A stretch of DNA of 64,000 bases from the human T2T-CHM13v2.0 reference genome, Homo sapiens (GCF_009914755.1 NC_060928.1); one strand, 5' to 3'; shown: positions 1-18,780, numbered from the stretch's first letter. A program made the numbers and translations. Notes: generated by a model not told the origin, from the letters alone.

Positions 1-1057
1 TTCTCAATTCTCAATTTTTATTTGTGATTTTCCATACAAATTACTTGTTTGAGAAGCTTCTGAGTTTTGTCAGTCATCTTCCTCATGTTTCTTTCACAAT
101 CTCCCACTTTACAAAAAAACAAGCAAATTTATGAATTCAGATTCACTTGTGAATCTGTTTAGGATGCATTGTTCAGTTTCTAAAAACCTCTAGTGTATCA
201 ACCAAGGGATAAATTACTCAGGGAGTCTTTTGAGGGCTTCCTAAATAAATATTGGAAGGTGCAGTGCCCTGTTTCCTAGAGGCAATATTCTGGTGAGCCA
301 TTCTCCCCTTTCCTTCCTCCTCTCCTCCTCTCTCCCTTTGGATTCCAGAAGTGAGAAAGTAAGAATGTTGCTGTGGGGTATTAACAGGTTTACTTGATGC
401 TTTCTTCTGAAGAAGAATTTTGACTGGATGATTTGTTTGACAAAGAGGATTGCTTTGCCAAGTGCATTGTGACACACATTTGCATATATTTTTCTTAAAT
501 CAAATAAGCTAAATATGTGGCTTGACAGTATTGATGAAAATATATTTTAAGCCCACTTAGAGCATATAACAGTCAGAAAAATATGTCCTTTTACCTTATA
601 GGAAATTTGTTAATGGTTAACTTTTAGGTCTTCTAGAGATTATGTAGATTTTCAAAGTTATTTTAGTAAAAAGAAAATTTGAAATTATTGTGCTAGACAA
701 TGTGAGCAACATCAAATTGTTCAAAATATCTCTGTATAAAGTACACTTGATATAGAAGAAAGTGAAAAAGAGAGTTCATCTTTCACATGGAATATAAGAG
801 ACCACTATCTTTCCTCATTTCCAGAGTATCTGTACACTCCTTTACCCTAATAAATTTTACAGGGATAGTATCTCTTTATTCAAATTTGTACAATCTTAAT
901 TTGTAGCTCACATAGATGCAAATAAGTTTATTAAGAAAACACAGTTCTGTAGAGGGTGCTGATTCAGTAGTTTTTCACAGTATTCAGTCAAGAATTTGAT
1001 GTCTTAAACTCTTGACTAAATTAAAAAGGTTAAAACACTTTACCTAATTTTGTAATA

Positions 1058-1280
1058 AAAATAATGACATTTATCCTTTGCTTCCCTTTATGTTGAGCAG
1101 AGGTCTAAGCCCTCAACTTCTTTAGTCCTTATAATAGTTAAATTTCTTATGGTAGGTGCTATGTATGACTCAATTTCACACATTGTGAAATTGAAGCTCA
1201 AAGGGAGATTAAAATACTGTAGATTACCCGAAGTTAGTGAGAGCAGAAACCAAAATCCAAACCTAGATAATATGTCTCCA
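1058..1280. mobile_element. MIR SINE fragment (interrupted by an L1MA piece)
   Basis: Degenerate MIR core ('caatttcacacattgtgaaattgaagctcaaagggagattaaa'); recognised by eye. Confidence 0.5.
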
Positions 1281-1284
1281 GAAT

Positions 1285-1478
1285 TTTTTATTAATACACA
1301 TTAGGTATACATATTTTTAGGGTACATGTGATATTGGATATATTTATATAATCAAATCTGGGTAATTGGAATACTCATTATCTTAAATATTTATCTTTAT
1401 TTTTAACTCCTGGTACATTTGAATTATTCTCTTCTAGCTATTTTGAAATGTATATTCCATTACCATTAACTGTAGTCT
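1285..1478 (-). mobile_element. L1MA-type LINE-1 3' end fragment
   Basis: 'catatttttagggtacatgtgatatt...ttattctcttctagctattttgaaatgta' is typical of antisense L1MA 3'UTR. Confidence 0.6.
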
Positions 1479-4400
1479 GGAATGTTAACCCATATATTAT
1501 ACAGGACCAAACCAGAATGCTATACTAAGATGTGCAGAAGAAAGTTAAAATAATGTTTTGAGCAACATTGACCCTCATCAGTAATTATTTTTTATATTAC
1601 CGAACATTTATATATAGTGTATACTATATGCTAGGAAATATATACATAGGATTCCAATGCCAATATGTGGTTTTTCTACAAACAAAGCAAATAGGGTCTC
1701 TTTTAGGTTTTCCTTCCAGTTTCTGGGTACCCTTATGTTTGTTGTATGATATTCTTTCTCCACTCTGTCTAAGCTAGGATGTCTGTTTCTTTCTTTGAAT
1801 ATTTTATTTTGAATCACAAAATGTTCTCAGATCCTACATAAGTACTTGTTTAGTATTCAATTCTGAATATGCAACTGTTAGCCTGAGGAAATCTGTAGGA
1901 CGGTACAACTGTCTCTCTCTCTCTCGCTCGCTTGTTTTTTGTTGAAATTGTTGCTAGTGGCTGCATTTTTTTCCCTTGTGGAATTAATATTTTCTGTATT
2001 TCCTGTGAACTATAGTGATTGGAAAGTCGCTTAAAACTTTTCTTGATTACCTAACAATGGATCTGTCATTGGAATACTAATTTGGAATACTAAGCCACTT
2101 CCAATGAAACATTCCTAGAGCAGCAATAGCATTCAGAATATTATTTTGCAATATTATATGATGTTATTGTTACTGTTGTATATGTAATATCAGGATATCT
2201 TTCTTGTGCATTCATCATTGTTATAATTTCCGAATTTGTCTTTAGCATCAGCAAGATCTAGATTAAAATTTAGATTTGCCTTTACTTTTCTGAACCCAAA
2301 TTTATTTATCTGATAGGAATAATTATATTCCTTAAAAATAATTTTTATTTCAAAGTCATAAAAAATAAAACAATATTCAATTACAAGAGATATCAGGTGC
2401 TTACAGAGCAAGAGTGTTTTTACTTGATTGAAATAAGGACATATCTCTGGCAGTGAGAGTCTCTGCTTTTATTTGATTGGATTAGATTTAATTCTATTAT
2501 CAGGAATACTGTGTTCTATAAATGTTAGTGCAGCTACTATTTGCATGTTTCTGAGTGAAGTACTTAACTAGTTTAGGTTTCCATTTATTATCCTCAAAAA
2601 ACAAGTTCATTTTCCAAATATAAAATTCAATACAATAGTTGGTCGCCAAGGCAGAACTACCTAAATGTTCCAAGATGCAAAATCCCCACTTAGTGGCCAC
2701 TCAAGTCGGTCACATCACCCTTGCTACTGGGCACAGCTGAAAAGGCCCTTGTGCCATAAACACAAGTCCTTTTCTCATGAATGCTTTCTTACCTATTATT
2801 CTGTCAAATTAGCAATATATTAGTATAAACCCAATATAGTTTAGTCATTCCTGATAGTGATATTTGATGCAGTCCCATAGTCTCAAAGAAGACAATTTAC
2901 TGAATTTATTAACAAAGTTTAAAGGGTTTTCTTAAGAAAGGAAAGAAATGAGCTAAATTTGTTGTATCTCCTTTATTATAATCTTCATTATGTAACTCCT
3001 TTTAAAAAAACTTTTAAAGTCAAAGAACAATATAGGCAATATGCTTTAATATATTTAGTAAAGTCTACTTTGAAATAAAATTTATGAATTTAGGTGAATT
3101 TGTTAATTATTGGTATAATATTTAACATTGCCACCAATTTAAAACTTATTTCTCCATAACTTGAAACAATTTCAATCTGACACTCTATTAGAATGTTATA
3201 TTATGTAAATATGTTAATTATCAGACATACTTCCTTGGTTCTAAAACCTATATCCCTGTTCTAACTCATGAATTACAAACCAAAACATTAAGTAATAGCA
3301 GAAATGTAAGAAAATAGGTATATGATTTGGTTAAGCCCATTGATTACATTAGCAATTAAAGTAAAAGAGGAAGGCAAACTTGTCATCACATTTCTAATTT
3401 TATCATATACCAGACATACTTTGACTGTCTTTACTATCATTTTGCTCTTTTTTTCCTCTCTTTTTCTGTAACACACTACATTTATGTGTTAGTGGTAATG
3501 GCTTATAACACATTATTTTTCCCTTCATATCTATGGAATATTGATTCTAGTTTGTTGTTAACTTTGAACTAGAAAAAATGATATTCAGATATATATGAGT
3601 ATATATGTGTGTATGTATATTTGTATGTGTACTAAATTTCACAGACTGCATGCATATGTTTTAATAAATCAGAGGGGCTCACATAATTCATCTAATCAGT
3701 TGTCTAATCTTAATAATAGAGAAACAGAACCCAAGAGAAATTATATCCACAAATATATTGTGAAAGTGTTATTAATGAATGTGATCATTATATGTTGAGT
3801 TCAAAGACAGCTCTTTTAAAAAAGCCAAACCCAAGATTCTGTTTTTCACATGATTGTAACAGAATTAGTACACAATGCCAATACATGACTGAATGGAAAT
3901 CAGCATATTCCTTAACATGCTGCAGTCAGCATTATATAGGAGACACCTATAACAGCACTTACTTAAAAAAAAAGCTGCAATTGTTTGTGGATATACTCAT
4001 ATTTTTTTTTTCCTTTCACCAGACCAATGCTGACTTTCAGTTCTATTGATCTAACATTTGTGTTTGAACTAGAACATGCACTGAAAATGTTGGATTCCAT
4101 ATTACTGCCTATACTGATTTTTATTGTCAGGTATCTGTATTACTGACTCTACACACACAGACACAGAAATAATTATAAATGTCCAATGTAGCCACCTTTT
4201 AATTTACTATCCTAACATGTATTCCGATTAGTACTTTAAAATTCTTTTTCTCAGACTTTGGTATTCATCCTATGTTGATATAAGATAGTTTTTTCATTTT
4301 CTTCTTTACGTTCGTATCTGTTACTATTAGCTGCTGTATGGAGTATGTTTAATACAATAAAAAATAAAGTGATACCTAAAATTTATAATCAGAATAAAAT

Positions 4401-4854
4401 GTTACCATCTTTATACATCTTTTACACTAATATGTTTTCTACAAAGCAGTACAGTTTTATTTTAGACATATGTTCATGATGTTTCAAAAACAAGAAACTA
4501 TCAGAAAAATGAAAAATAAATTTGAATTGATATATATATGAGTGTGAATCCCTTTAAAAATATAGATCCTATACATATTTATAAGAGAAAAACTTTAGAA
4601 ACTCTGATTTTTATTATTCTGTTGTTTCAAGCTTTCAAGTTGAATCGAGTTTTTCTTTGATCTAAAAGGCAATTTATTTTTATCAGATACTAATTGTTTT
4701 AAAAAGATTTAATTTGTTAATATACTTTAAGGATTTTGTGATATTTTTAATAATTAAATGCCCAATAAGAGTTAGAATAAAAAATTAACTTTACCGTCAA
4801 AAAGGAAGATCTCCTGCACCCTCTGCTGCTATGTAAATGAAACTGCAGGTTATT

Positions 4855-4987
4855 TATTATAAACTTATTTTTATTTTATAAAATAAAAAAAGAAAATAAA
4901 AAATTTAAGAAGATTTTTTAAAGATCTTTTCAAAGATTTTTTAAATTTAAGAAAATAAAAAATTTAAAGAAAATAAAAAATTTAAGG
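4855..4987. repeat. AT-rich low-complexity tract with repeated AGAAAATAAAAAATTTAA units
   Basis: Three copies of 'agaaaataaaaaatttaa' plus 'aagattttt' units are visible. Confidence 0.75.
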
Positions 4988-5516
4988 CAAATCCAGTCAT
5001 TTTAATATACAGTAAACAAACGAACCATTATAGATGTCTCAAAAGAACATGCATCTCAGATATATAGTTTACTTAAAAATAAGTAAAATATAAACTGACA
5101 AACTAGCTTTGAAAGGAAGAGGTATAATGGCATCAATTTGTTATTAATGAGAAAAAGTCATAATGCTACATACTTCTAAATCATCATATTACTTAAATTT
5201 ATTAACCAACATACAAAAATCTATTGTGGTTTATTGTTTGTAATATGGAAATATTAAACATTAAAAAGATTGTGAAAAACCTGGAGTGAATTATTTGTGT
5301 CTTATGGCTCACTGCCATTTTAGATGAATTATTGTGTTGTTAAAATAAATTGACTTTTTTTCTAAGAGGCAGGAAATAGCTTGCAATAGTGAAACCAGAT
5401 AGAATCCGAGCTGTTACAAAAGTTGATCCCAATTTATAAACAGATACCACTTGGATTGAAAATCTATATAAAGTATAAATTTTACTATTAAAATGTAGTT
5501 TAATAAAAAATAGTCT

Positions 5517-5650
5517 TGCCGGGCGCAGTGGCTCATGCCTGTAATCCCAGCTCTTAGGGAGGCAGAGGCAGGAGGATAGCTTGAGCCTAGGATTTGAGAC
5601 CTGCCTGGGCAATATAGCGAGACCCCGTTCTCCATAAAAAGGAAAAAAAA
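5517..5650 (+). pseudogene. BC200 (BCYRN1) RNA retropseudogene, 3' unique region absent
   Basis: Alu-monomer-like body with BC200-diagnostic 'cccagctcttagggagg', 'ggatagcttgag' and 'gacctgcctgggcaatatagcgagaccccgttctcca-aaaaaggaaaaaaaa'; flanked by A-rich + 'agtctt' direct repeats. Confidence 0.88.
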
Positions 5651-5829
5651 TACAAAGTCTTTATATTATTTTAAGGATTCTTAGCACTTCCATATGTTTT
5701 ATTTATTTAAATATTTTATATTAAACTATAAAAATTGAAGCAGTTATTAAAACACTAGGAATTGATGTTTGTATTTTGTCGAACTTGGTGAAATTATTTT
5801 TAGAAAAGGCATTTTCTGATATGTCCAAT

Positions 5830-6985
5830 CTCCTATTCCTTCCCAGTGGAAACCACTGTTAATAATTTTTGTGTATCTTCCAAGTTGCTTTTAAGACATT
5901 TACATGCGTATTTCTATATCCTTCCATATTTTGTAGTTTTTAAATAGGCTATATATCTCATACTCCCTTATTTTGATTTTTAAAGTCTTAAATATAAAAG
6001 TAATTCATGAATTCATTCTGATTGTTGAAGCATCGTATTACATATAACACCATGTCCCCGTTGACGACAACCTCAATTCAAAGGCCCTCTTTAAGGGTAA
6101 TCACTGTTAATGCTTTGAAGTACATCCTTCAAGATTTTTTTCAGGAAGAAAAAAAATCATACACACATATGATTCTGCAGAGTATTTAATATTATACATA
6201 CTATTTGATAATAAATTTTGAATTGACATAAAATGTATTCCGAATAGTATATCACTTACCAATTTGATTTTATTAACACAATGCCTTGGAAATTTTTCCT
6301 TTGTTTGTTCATATCTTTGACCTTATATGTTTAGCTCTTATATATTATGCTGTGGAATAAATAGACCATTTTTAGAATTTTAAAAATTCTCATATTAATG
6401 AACATTTATATTATTTTATATTTTCACTACAATAAGCCTGAGTATCCCTGTACATGCTTCTTTGAGCAGATCTGTGAGTATTATTCTAGGGTAAATGCTG
6501 AGAAGTAGAATTATTTTTTCATTTTATACTTTGATAAATAATTTTAATTTTTAAATGACTTTAACAATTTGGATTTCTTTGTAAATGTCTGTCCATATAT
6601 ACTACTTTTTCACCAAACCTGATATTATTAAGTTTTAAAAAGTTATAAATGAAAAATATTGTATTTATTTCTGGTTGATAATGGAGTTGAATATCTGCTC
6701 GTAATGTTGATTAGTGATTTATATTTCCTTTTCTATAAATTTCCTGTTACTATTCTTTGCTCCCTTTTATTCTTTGTGTTTTCTGTTTCTTACTGGCTCA
6801 TAGGAGTTCTTTCTATTTCCCCGATTACTAATGAGTTTGAGTATTTTAAATATATATTCATTGGTGATTTGTATTTCTTCTTTCAGGAATTACTTGTTCT
6901 TATTCTTTGCTCACTTATTTTTGATTTTAGATTCTTTTTCTTATTGATTTATAGTTCTTTATATATTCCAGATATTAATTATCTG
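5830..6985 (-). mobile_element. Ancient L1ME-like fragments
   Basis: 'ccactgttaataatttttgtgtatcttcc', 'agaagtagaatt' and 'ttctttatatattccagatattaat' are antisense old-L1 motifs; heavily diverged. Confidence 0.5.
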
Positions 6986-6989
6986 ACTG

Positions 6990-7222
6990 GCATAGGATAC
7001 CAAAGACCAGCCCCTGTCTTAATGTATCAATTAGTGCTCCAGAGCTTTCCCATGGGATCAGTCTGAAGCTAGTGTCCAGTTTTGACCACATCCTGGCTTA
7101 GCTTCTTATCCACATATCCCCAGTGTCCCCATCTTATTAGACTTTCTTTCTTTAATCAGCTTCTCATGTTTGAACAAGAATTCCTTACTCAGGCTCTGCT
7201 TCTAGGAAATCTATCCTGGACC
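6990..7222 (+). mobile_element. ERVL LTR fragment (LTR16-like)
   Basis: 3' motif 'ctcaggctctgcttctaggaaa' and 'agctttcccatgggatcagtctgaagc' resemble the LTR16 family. Confidence 0.5.
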
Positions 7223-7587
7223 TGTGATGACATTTTTTTTGAAATCAGTGTTTTAAAATCAAGCCAATTCTCCAATGGAAGATATAATTATAAAAAAAAA
7301 CAACTGCTCTTTACTAATAAACATATATTTTAAGATGTGTGCTATCCTCTTTAAAGTTGTATTTTTGTTATACTGACATTGCCACCGCTCAACAAATTTA
7401 TCAAATTCAGCTTTTGGAAATCATGTTCAGACTCTGAGACAGTCTTTGAATGTTCATAATATTGTCCGTTCTTTGCTCCCTGACTAAACTATTTTGTTGA
7501 CAGTGAACAATTATTCAGTCATGTGCAGTCAAAGTGATCAATGTGGTCAAATATTTTGAAATTATTTGTAACAGACGGTTTTAAAAA

Positions 7588-10064
<2,477 letters not shown>

Positions 10065-10120
10065 AATTTAAACCCAGCTGTTCTTGTATCAGAGTCTGAA
10101 TTCTTAACAGTTATGCATTC
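10065..10120. mobile_element. Truncated MIR terminal fragment abutting the L1
   Basis: 'aatttaaacccag...agagtctgaattcttaacagttatgc' resembles the MIR end. Confidence 0.4.
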
Positions 10121-12044
10121 ACTGTGTCTAAACCTTAGTACATGGAACCGTAAGATTATTTAAACATAAATATGCCTCTTATTATTTACTTAAGCCTGGG
10201 TCATATGCTTTTACACTTCTTTCTTCTTTTACCACTAACTTCTTTCTAAATCTGACCAAAGCCCATCTTTCTCTATTTCTCTTTTCTCTCTGTTTCTTCT
10301 GGTCATTAAAAACTAAGATTGTATCTGGCTGAGTATCAAGATTACGTATATAAATGTGTAACTTATGTCTTTCTAAATATATATCATCATCCCTTAATTA
10401 ATTAATCCAAACGACTCATCTGCTTTCCTAAATCCTGCTAGAATAATTTCTTTCAAATGTGTTCTTCCCTTTTGTAGCTTTTCCCATTGTCATGCTACTT
10501 GCACACCACTCACCCTCTTTCTCTTTTTATCTGGGGGATTGATTTATACAAATCTAATCAGAGACAGTCTGTCTTTGCTTATATACCATGTTTTGTGTCA
10601 ATTCATTTTTAGGAGTGACCCAAAGACTGACATTTCTTATATAAGCAATTATTTGTTTTGGTTATTATGTTTATTTGTTGAGAACAACTTAGTGTACTCA
10701 ATATAGCTAAATTATATACAAATTTAATAAATTGTTAATTAAACATATCTAATCAATTATGTGATTTCTGGCTTTTTCTACCTTAGGCTGACAATCTCAT
10801 TCTCTTTTCTGTGACTGATCATCCACTTGGTCCAGATTAGCCATCCTTTTAATGTGTCTCATATTCTCCTCACTGACCTTACTGGCAGAAGTGGCTTTCG
10901 TCATTGTTGTGGGAGTCATTTAGCTGTTAAAAGTGCCTCCATTATTTTCCCATTTATTTAAGGGGAAACAGCAAAACATTTTGGAAATGCATTTAGAGAT
11001 AAACTGAAAAAGTGTTGAGATGTAGATAGCATGGTCTTTCTAGTAGAAAGAGCCTGGACTGCAAGAATCCTCACAAGTGTGAGCCCTGTTTAAATCTGGG
11101 TTAAATGATATAATTACGTAAGACTGGGAAATTACTTCAAGCTGATATCCTACTTATTTTAGTAAAAAATGATCAATGTCCTTTGATATGTTTACATATT
11201 ATTAATTTTCTGCCATCATTTTCTTAATGTTAAAATTATTACCTAGGAAATATCTGTTGTTTTTTTGGGGATCTTCTTTTATTTTCACCAAGTATAATGG
11301 AAGATTTTCTTTTTAGTGTGGTCATTAAGGCTCTACCAGGTTATTTTCTGAATGTTTTTCTGAGAAAGAATCTTGCTGGGACCAGATTTAACTTATGCAG
11401 CATTCCCCTAAACACTTCAAGTATTGATAATTTGTTTTCAAATGCCAATAAAAATATAAATTTAGGGACTTTGATTACAAGAGGTCAGACTACTGATCTC
11501 ACATTATATACGTCTTTTCAGTATTATTTTATGTCATTTTTAATAGACTGGTTGGGACACATGTTTTGTTAGGTAGATGATTTTCATAACTATTCTAAGA
11601 GCTACACCACCATGTACCTCTTGTTTGAATATATTTCCTCAGAAAAGGCAGAGCTCTATACCTAATCTGTGCCAAGCAGTGTGTTAGTGTCTTTGTGATG
11701 TAGTATCTTCTCATTCTTAAAAAACTCTATAAAATAATTATTATTGATGTTCCAGTTTATAGTCTTAGTAAGTGGTAGTACTTGCATTTAAGTGCCAACC
11801 AACTGCATGTGTGCGTAAAAAGTAATTAAGAGAGACAAAAATACTTAGGATTATCTCATATATGAGACCAGGTGTCATGTCATTAGCTCTGACTCATAAT
11901 GAAAAAATATGAGGGGTGTCCAAATTCTAGGAAAATATTTGAAAAGCAATGAGAAAGAAGAAAAGCGAAGGCAATTTTGCTTTCCTTTTACCTGTACAGA
12001 CAGATAGACCTATTTAAGTGTATGGTAGTTAGCTTCCAAGATGA

Positions 12045-12418
<374 letters not shown>

Positions 12419-13805
12419 GAGAATAATTTTTAAAATGTCTTAATTATGTAATATATTTTACTTTTAGTCCAACTTTAAGTAGGTAACATATTAATGATCC
12501 ATATCCAAATTATGAATCATTTAACTAGAATTCATGTCTTCTTCAACCATATCAAATAAGAAATTTGACTCTAATTTTATTTAGAATAGATCCTCCTATA
12601 ATGTGGTACTCTGTTCAGGGTAATGATTGTGTTTACTAAAGTTGGAGAGGTCATTGAATAAAGTACTGTACTTTCTGGAAGCCTTTTGTTAAATCCTGGT
12701 GCTAAAGAACAAAAGTACTGTTTCTTCAGGTTGCCATTGTAAATTTCTAAGAGATCAAACTGAGTTTTATTTCTAATAGGGTCTGTATACATTTGTGTAG
12801 TAGTATTGTCTTCAAGTTAATCTTATCTTTTGTTTATTTACATAGCATTAAAGTTATAATTAAAAAACACTTCTCTTATGTAACAAATTTGTTTTTTCAA
12901 AATAAAATAACGTTTATGGTAATAAAGACCCCTAGATAATGGATAGGTCTAGTTCAACCTTCATATTTTTAAGACCTATTATTATTAAAGTGACTATGAC
13001 TTCTGAATTGAGAAATATTAGATAAGAATTGAGAAAAGATGTTTATTTTATCCAATTTGGAAATTTATAAAAATATATACAAGGTTTGCTAAGGGATTAA
13101 AGGTAACTGTTATAAAAACATTGTAGTAAAAAGAAATAAAATTAGCAGTTATGATGTTGTTACATTTATCTTTCATGAATAATTGAAGTTGCTATGATGA
13201 CATATTGTTTCATTAAACTTATTCAGCATTATTTTTTCATGTTTTCAACTGTTTATTAGCAAATTTCAGATTATTGAACTTTTTACAGTTTGGAAGACTT
13301 TTAATAAATATGCATCTCTAAAAGTTGTAATTTAGCATAATTACCCTCAGGATTATAAGATTTATTCATGGCAGTGAGACAGAAAATATATTTATGTAGG
13401 TTTGAAATCCTGAAGTGTTGAAGCTAAAACTTCATTTTTTAAAATCTATGTATTCTATAGGTACAAATTGCGTATTTTATCAGGCACTGGGTATTAAAGC
13501 AAGGAGAAATGGTTTTTGGCATTAAGAAGCTTAAGACAAAATAGTAAATTGAGATAAATATACAGATGCTTACTATGTAAGCTAATACTTGAGGATATGT
13601 AAAGGAGGAGTACCAGGTCCAAAATGAGAGACAGTGGGAATGGGGTGTCAGGTAGGGAAGGAGTGTCAGGGATGGCAACTTGGAAGAGGCAATGTTATAA
13701 TAGTAGGAGGCTTTTGCCATGGAGTTACAGGAAGGGCATCCCAAGCTGGTGGACCCAAATCTCCAAAGGTCTTGAAGGTGAAAGTGATTAGAATATGGCA
13801 GTCAT

Positions 13806-14090
13806 GACCAAGTGCAGTGGCTCATGCCTGTACTCCCAACACTTTGGGACACCGAGGCAGGAGGATTGCTTGAGGCCAGGAGTTTGAGATCAGCCTGTGC
13901 AACATAGCAAGACTCTGTCTCTATGAAATTTTTTTTAAAGTTAATTGGGCATGATGCTGTATGCCTGTAGTCCCAGCTACTTGGGAGGCTGAGGTAGAAG
14001 GATGGCTTGAGCCCAGGAATTCGAGGATGTAGTTAACTATGTTTGCTACACTGCATTCTAGCCTGGGTGACAGAGCAAGACCTTGTCTCC

Positions 14091-14121
<31 letters not shown>

Positions 14122-14153
14122 GGAAGAAAGAAAAGGAAAAGGAAAGAAAGATA
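13806..14153 (+). mobile_element. AluJ with (CAAAA)n/GA-rich tail
   Basis: Alu dimer; TSD agaatatggcagtcat (13790-13805) / agaaaatggcagtcat (14154-14169). Confidence 0.95.
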
Positions 14154-14453
14154 AGAAAATGGCAGTCATCAGTGAAAGCGGAGCATGAAGTGTGACGAGA
14201 GGACTAATGAATCTGGAGATGTAGACAGCATCCAAGCCTTAAAGAGCCTTCCTAAAGAATATGGATAATCTTGACCTATAGTCTATTTTCCTCTTATTTA
14301 GCTGAGAAACTCTCAAGGGAAATACAAGTTCATATTAAAAATAAAAGACATGTGAAGGATATTTACCTCTAGTAGATTTATATCTACTCCAGGTTATTCA
14401 ATAATGTGCAGATATCTTTTAGTATCTATGATGTTTTTACTTAAAGAAACTAG

Positions 14454-16108
<1,655 letters not shown>

Positions 16109-16193
16109 AAAATTGTTTAAAAATGTTTTTCATTAGTTGAATCCTTTGAATACTTGCTAAAGAGTTATGGGACTGACTCTTTCATTTACTGTT

Positions 16194-16502
16194 GTTGTTG
16201 GTGTTTTTTATTTTTTTTTTTGAGACAGAGTGTCACTCTGTCCACCCAGGCTGGAGTGCAGTGGCCTGATCTGGCTCACTGCAACCTCCGCTTCCTGGGT
16301 TCATGCCATTCTCCCGCCTCAGCCTCCCTAGTAGCTGGGACTACAGGCGCCCACCACCATGCCTGGATAATTTTTTGTATTTTTAGTAGAGACGGGGTTT
16401 CACCGTGTTAGCCAGGATGGTCTCAATCTCCTGACCTCGTGATCTGCCTGCCTTGGCTTCCCAAAGTGCTGGGATTACAGGCGTGAGCCACCGCGCCCGG
16501 CC
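16194..16502 (-). mobile_element. AluY-like
   Basis: Diagnostic 'gccattctc', 'cgtgttagccaggatgg' and 'cctcgtgatc'; TSD tcatttactgtt (16182-16193 / 16503-16514). Confidence 0.95.
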
Positions 16503-16981
16503 TCATTTACTGTTAATGCTGATCCAAATGCAGGAAATACTTTAAAAATGGCCAATAAATATTTTAATATACATAAATTTGAGTATTTCAGTAATGATGG
16601 TTGACATCTTGACATTCATGCATTGAAGTCTGTAGGTTCACAACCAGCTGCAAATCATTATGGTTGATTATATTCTAATTAGAGCAAAATTCTTCAATAG
16701 GCATTGAATGGAAATAAATGTTGTATATAAGTGAAAAATATCGTGGCTGTAAGTGATGTTAGTTAAACCATTTTAAAGAATATAGTCATGAAAAAATGTA
16801 TTATTCATTGTATACACTTTGGAAAATCTAAGCTGTGAGGAAAATCACACATTTTTATTTGTGAAAAATTGTAAGAGCTAAAATGTCTGTTTATGTTTTA
16901 GGTTTTCTTCAAGCAAAGCCTTACAAGAATACTGAAATGTTTTGGAGTGTTTCACATATAGTTTGATTTAAATTCAAATTC

Positions 16982-17772
16982 ATATGGAGAAAAGGGAACT
17001 CTTGCACACTGTTGGTGGGGGTGTAAATTAGCACAGCCTCTATGGAACACAGTATGGAGGTTCCTCAAAAACTAAAGACAGAACTACCATATGATCCAGC
17101 AATCCTACTTCTGGGTATATAGCCAAACAATTGAAATCAGTATGTCAAAGAGATATCTGTACTCCTATGCTTATTGCATCATTATTCATGATAGCCAAGA
17201 TATGTAACAAACCTAAGTGTACATCTGTGGATGAATGGATTAAGAAAATGTGGTTTATTTATATAATGAAATGCTATTCAGCCTAAAAAAGAAATTCTGT
17301 CACATGTCACAACATGGATGAACCTGGAGGACATTATGCTCAATGAAATAACCTAGACACAGAAAGACAAATATTGCATGATCTCAGTTATATATGGAAT
17401 CTAAATAATTAAACTCATAGAAGTAGAAAGTAGAATGGCTACCAGGCCCCAGGATGGAAGGACCGGGGGCTGGGGTGTCGGGGCCAGGGGAATGGGGAAA
17501 TAATGTTCAGAGGGTACAGAGTTTCAGTTAGACAGGAGAAATAAGTTTTAGAGGTTGATTCGACAGCATGGTGACTATAGTTAATAATAATGTACTGCAT
17601 ATTTCAAAATGGCTAAAAGAGTAGATTTTAAGTGCTGTCACTACAAAAAATGATATGTATATGAGGTGATAAGTATGTTAATTTGCTTATTTCATAATAT
17701 AAAAATATCAAAACATCACGTTATACCTCATAAGTATATACAATTGTCATCTGTCAATTAAAAATAAAATCA
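16982..17772 (+). mobile_element. L1MA-type LINE-1 3' portion
   Basis: 'ggagaaaagggaactcttgcacactgttggtggg...ctgtcaattaaaaataaaat' is an L1MA ORF2 end plus 3'UTR. Confidence 0.85.
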
Positions 17773-18780
17773 ATTTTTAAAATTAAATTCATTGACTGTA
17801 GTGAAAAATCATCCATCAAAAATCTTATAATACAAATATGTTAGATTTTATGTTGTTTGGAGAAAAATATTAAATACTTATGAATGCATATCTGAAAGCA
17901 AATATTTGTCATTTTTGTCACATACTTGTTCAAGGAAATGAAAGTATTTTACTTGATCAGTTCTCATATTTATCAGGATGATAAAATAGAGGATTTTAAA
18001 TTTTGTATAGTATTTGTTAATTTTTAGTCACGTAGTTTTGGTTGTAAAGACTAAGAAATGAAACAGAGTCTGATTCAATTTACAAAGGGAGAGATCGTAT
18101 TACAGTTGAAGGATTAAGCAAAACTCATAAACAAAACAGCAACCAAATCAGGTACAGTTTAAAAATCAGTGAAAAATGGCAGTCACTAGAATAGCAATAT
18201 TTGCTGTACAAGTTTGAATCCTTGATGTAGAAACATAGCTGGGCCTTCATTCAGCAGTAGGAGTTCATGACTAATTACTTTAGTGAATGCAGTATGTATC
18301 ATGCTGATTATGAGCTGACCCTGTAGGGTTTTTTATTCCTGCTTTACCAGGTGTTGGCTGAATGACATTATGCAAGTTGCTTTTCTGTTGTAAAATGTTC
18401 ATAGTCTTATTACTTATTTCTAGAAATATAAGGTGTGAAAGAGATAATCTGTGGGAAAGTACCTGGTACGTAGCAGTTGATGAGTTGTAGCTGCCACATC
18501 TCCTCACTCGTGTCCTCCTCCTCCTTTATCTTCTCCATTGATACCCTGAATATACTGACATTAATATGGTTCATAAATGTTCTATGCTTCTGATTCTCTC
18601 AGTATGTATTGTCACTTCTCTCAAGGTTACCAACTGTCTTAGTTTTTACTCAAGTATTTTCTTCAACTGATACCTGTGGTTCTCTCATAAGTTTAACTTG
18701 TTTATAACCCTATGTTATATCCTTGTGATTTAGTTTCTTCTTCTAATGGCCTGCTTATCTCTCAGCTTCCCAAACCAAAC

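Noticed and set aside
218-477. Two overlapping minus-strand ORFs over a pyrimidine-rich tract
   Set aside because: Short, low-complexity, non-ATG starts and no splice or homology support
2684-2699. CTCF-like sequence (reverse complement TGGCCACTAAGTGGGG)
   Set aside because: Mismatches at two highly conserved core positions
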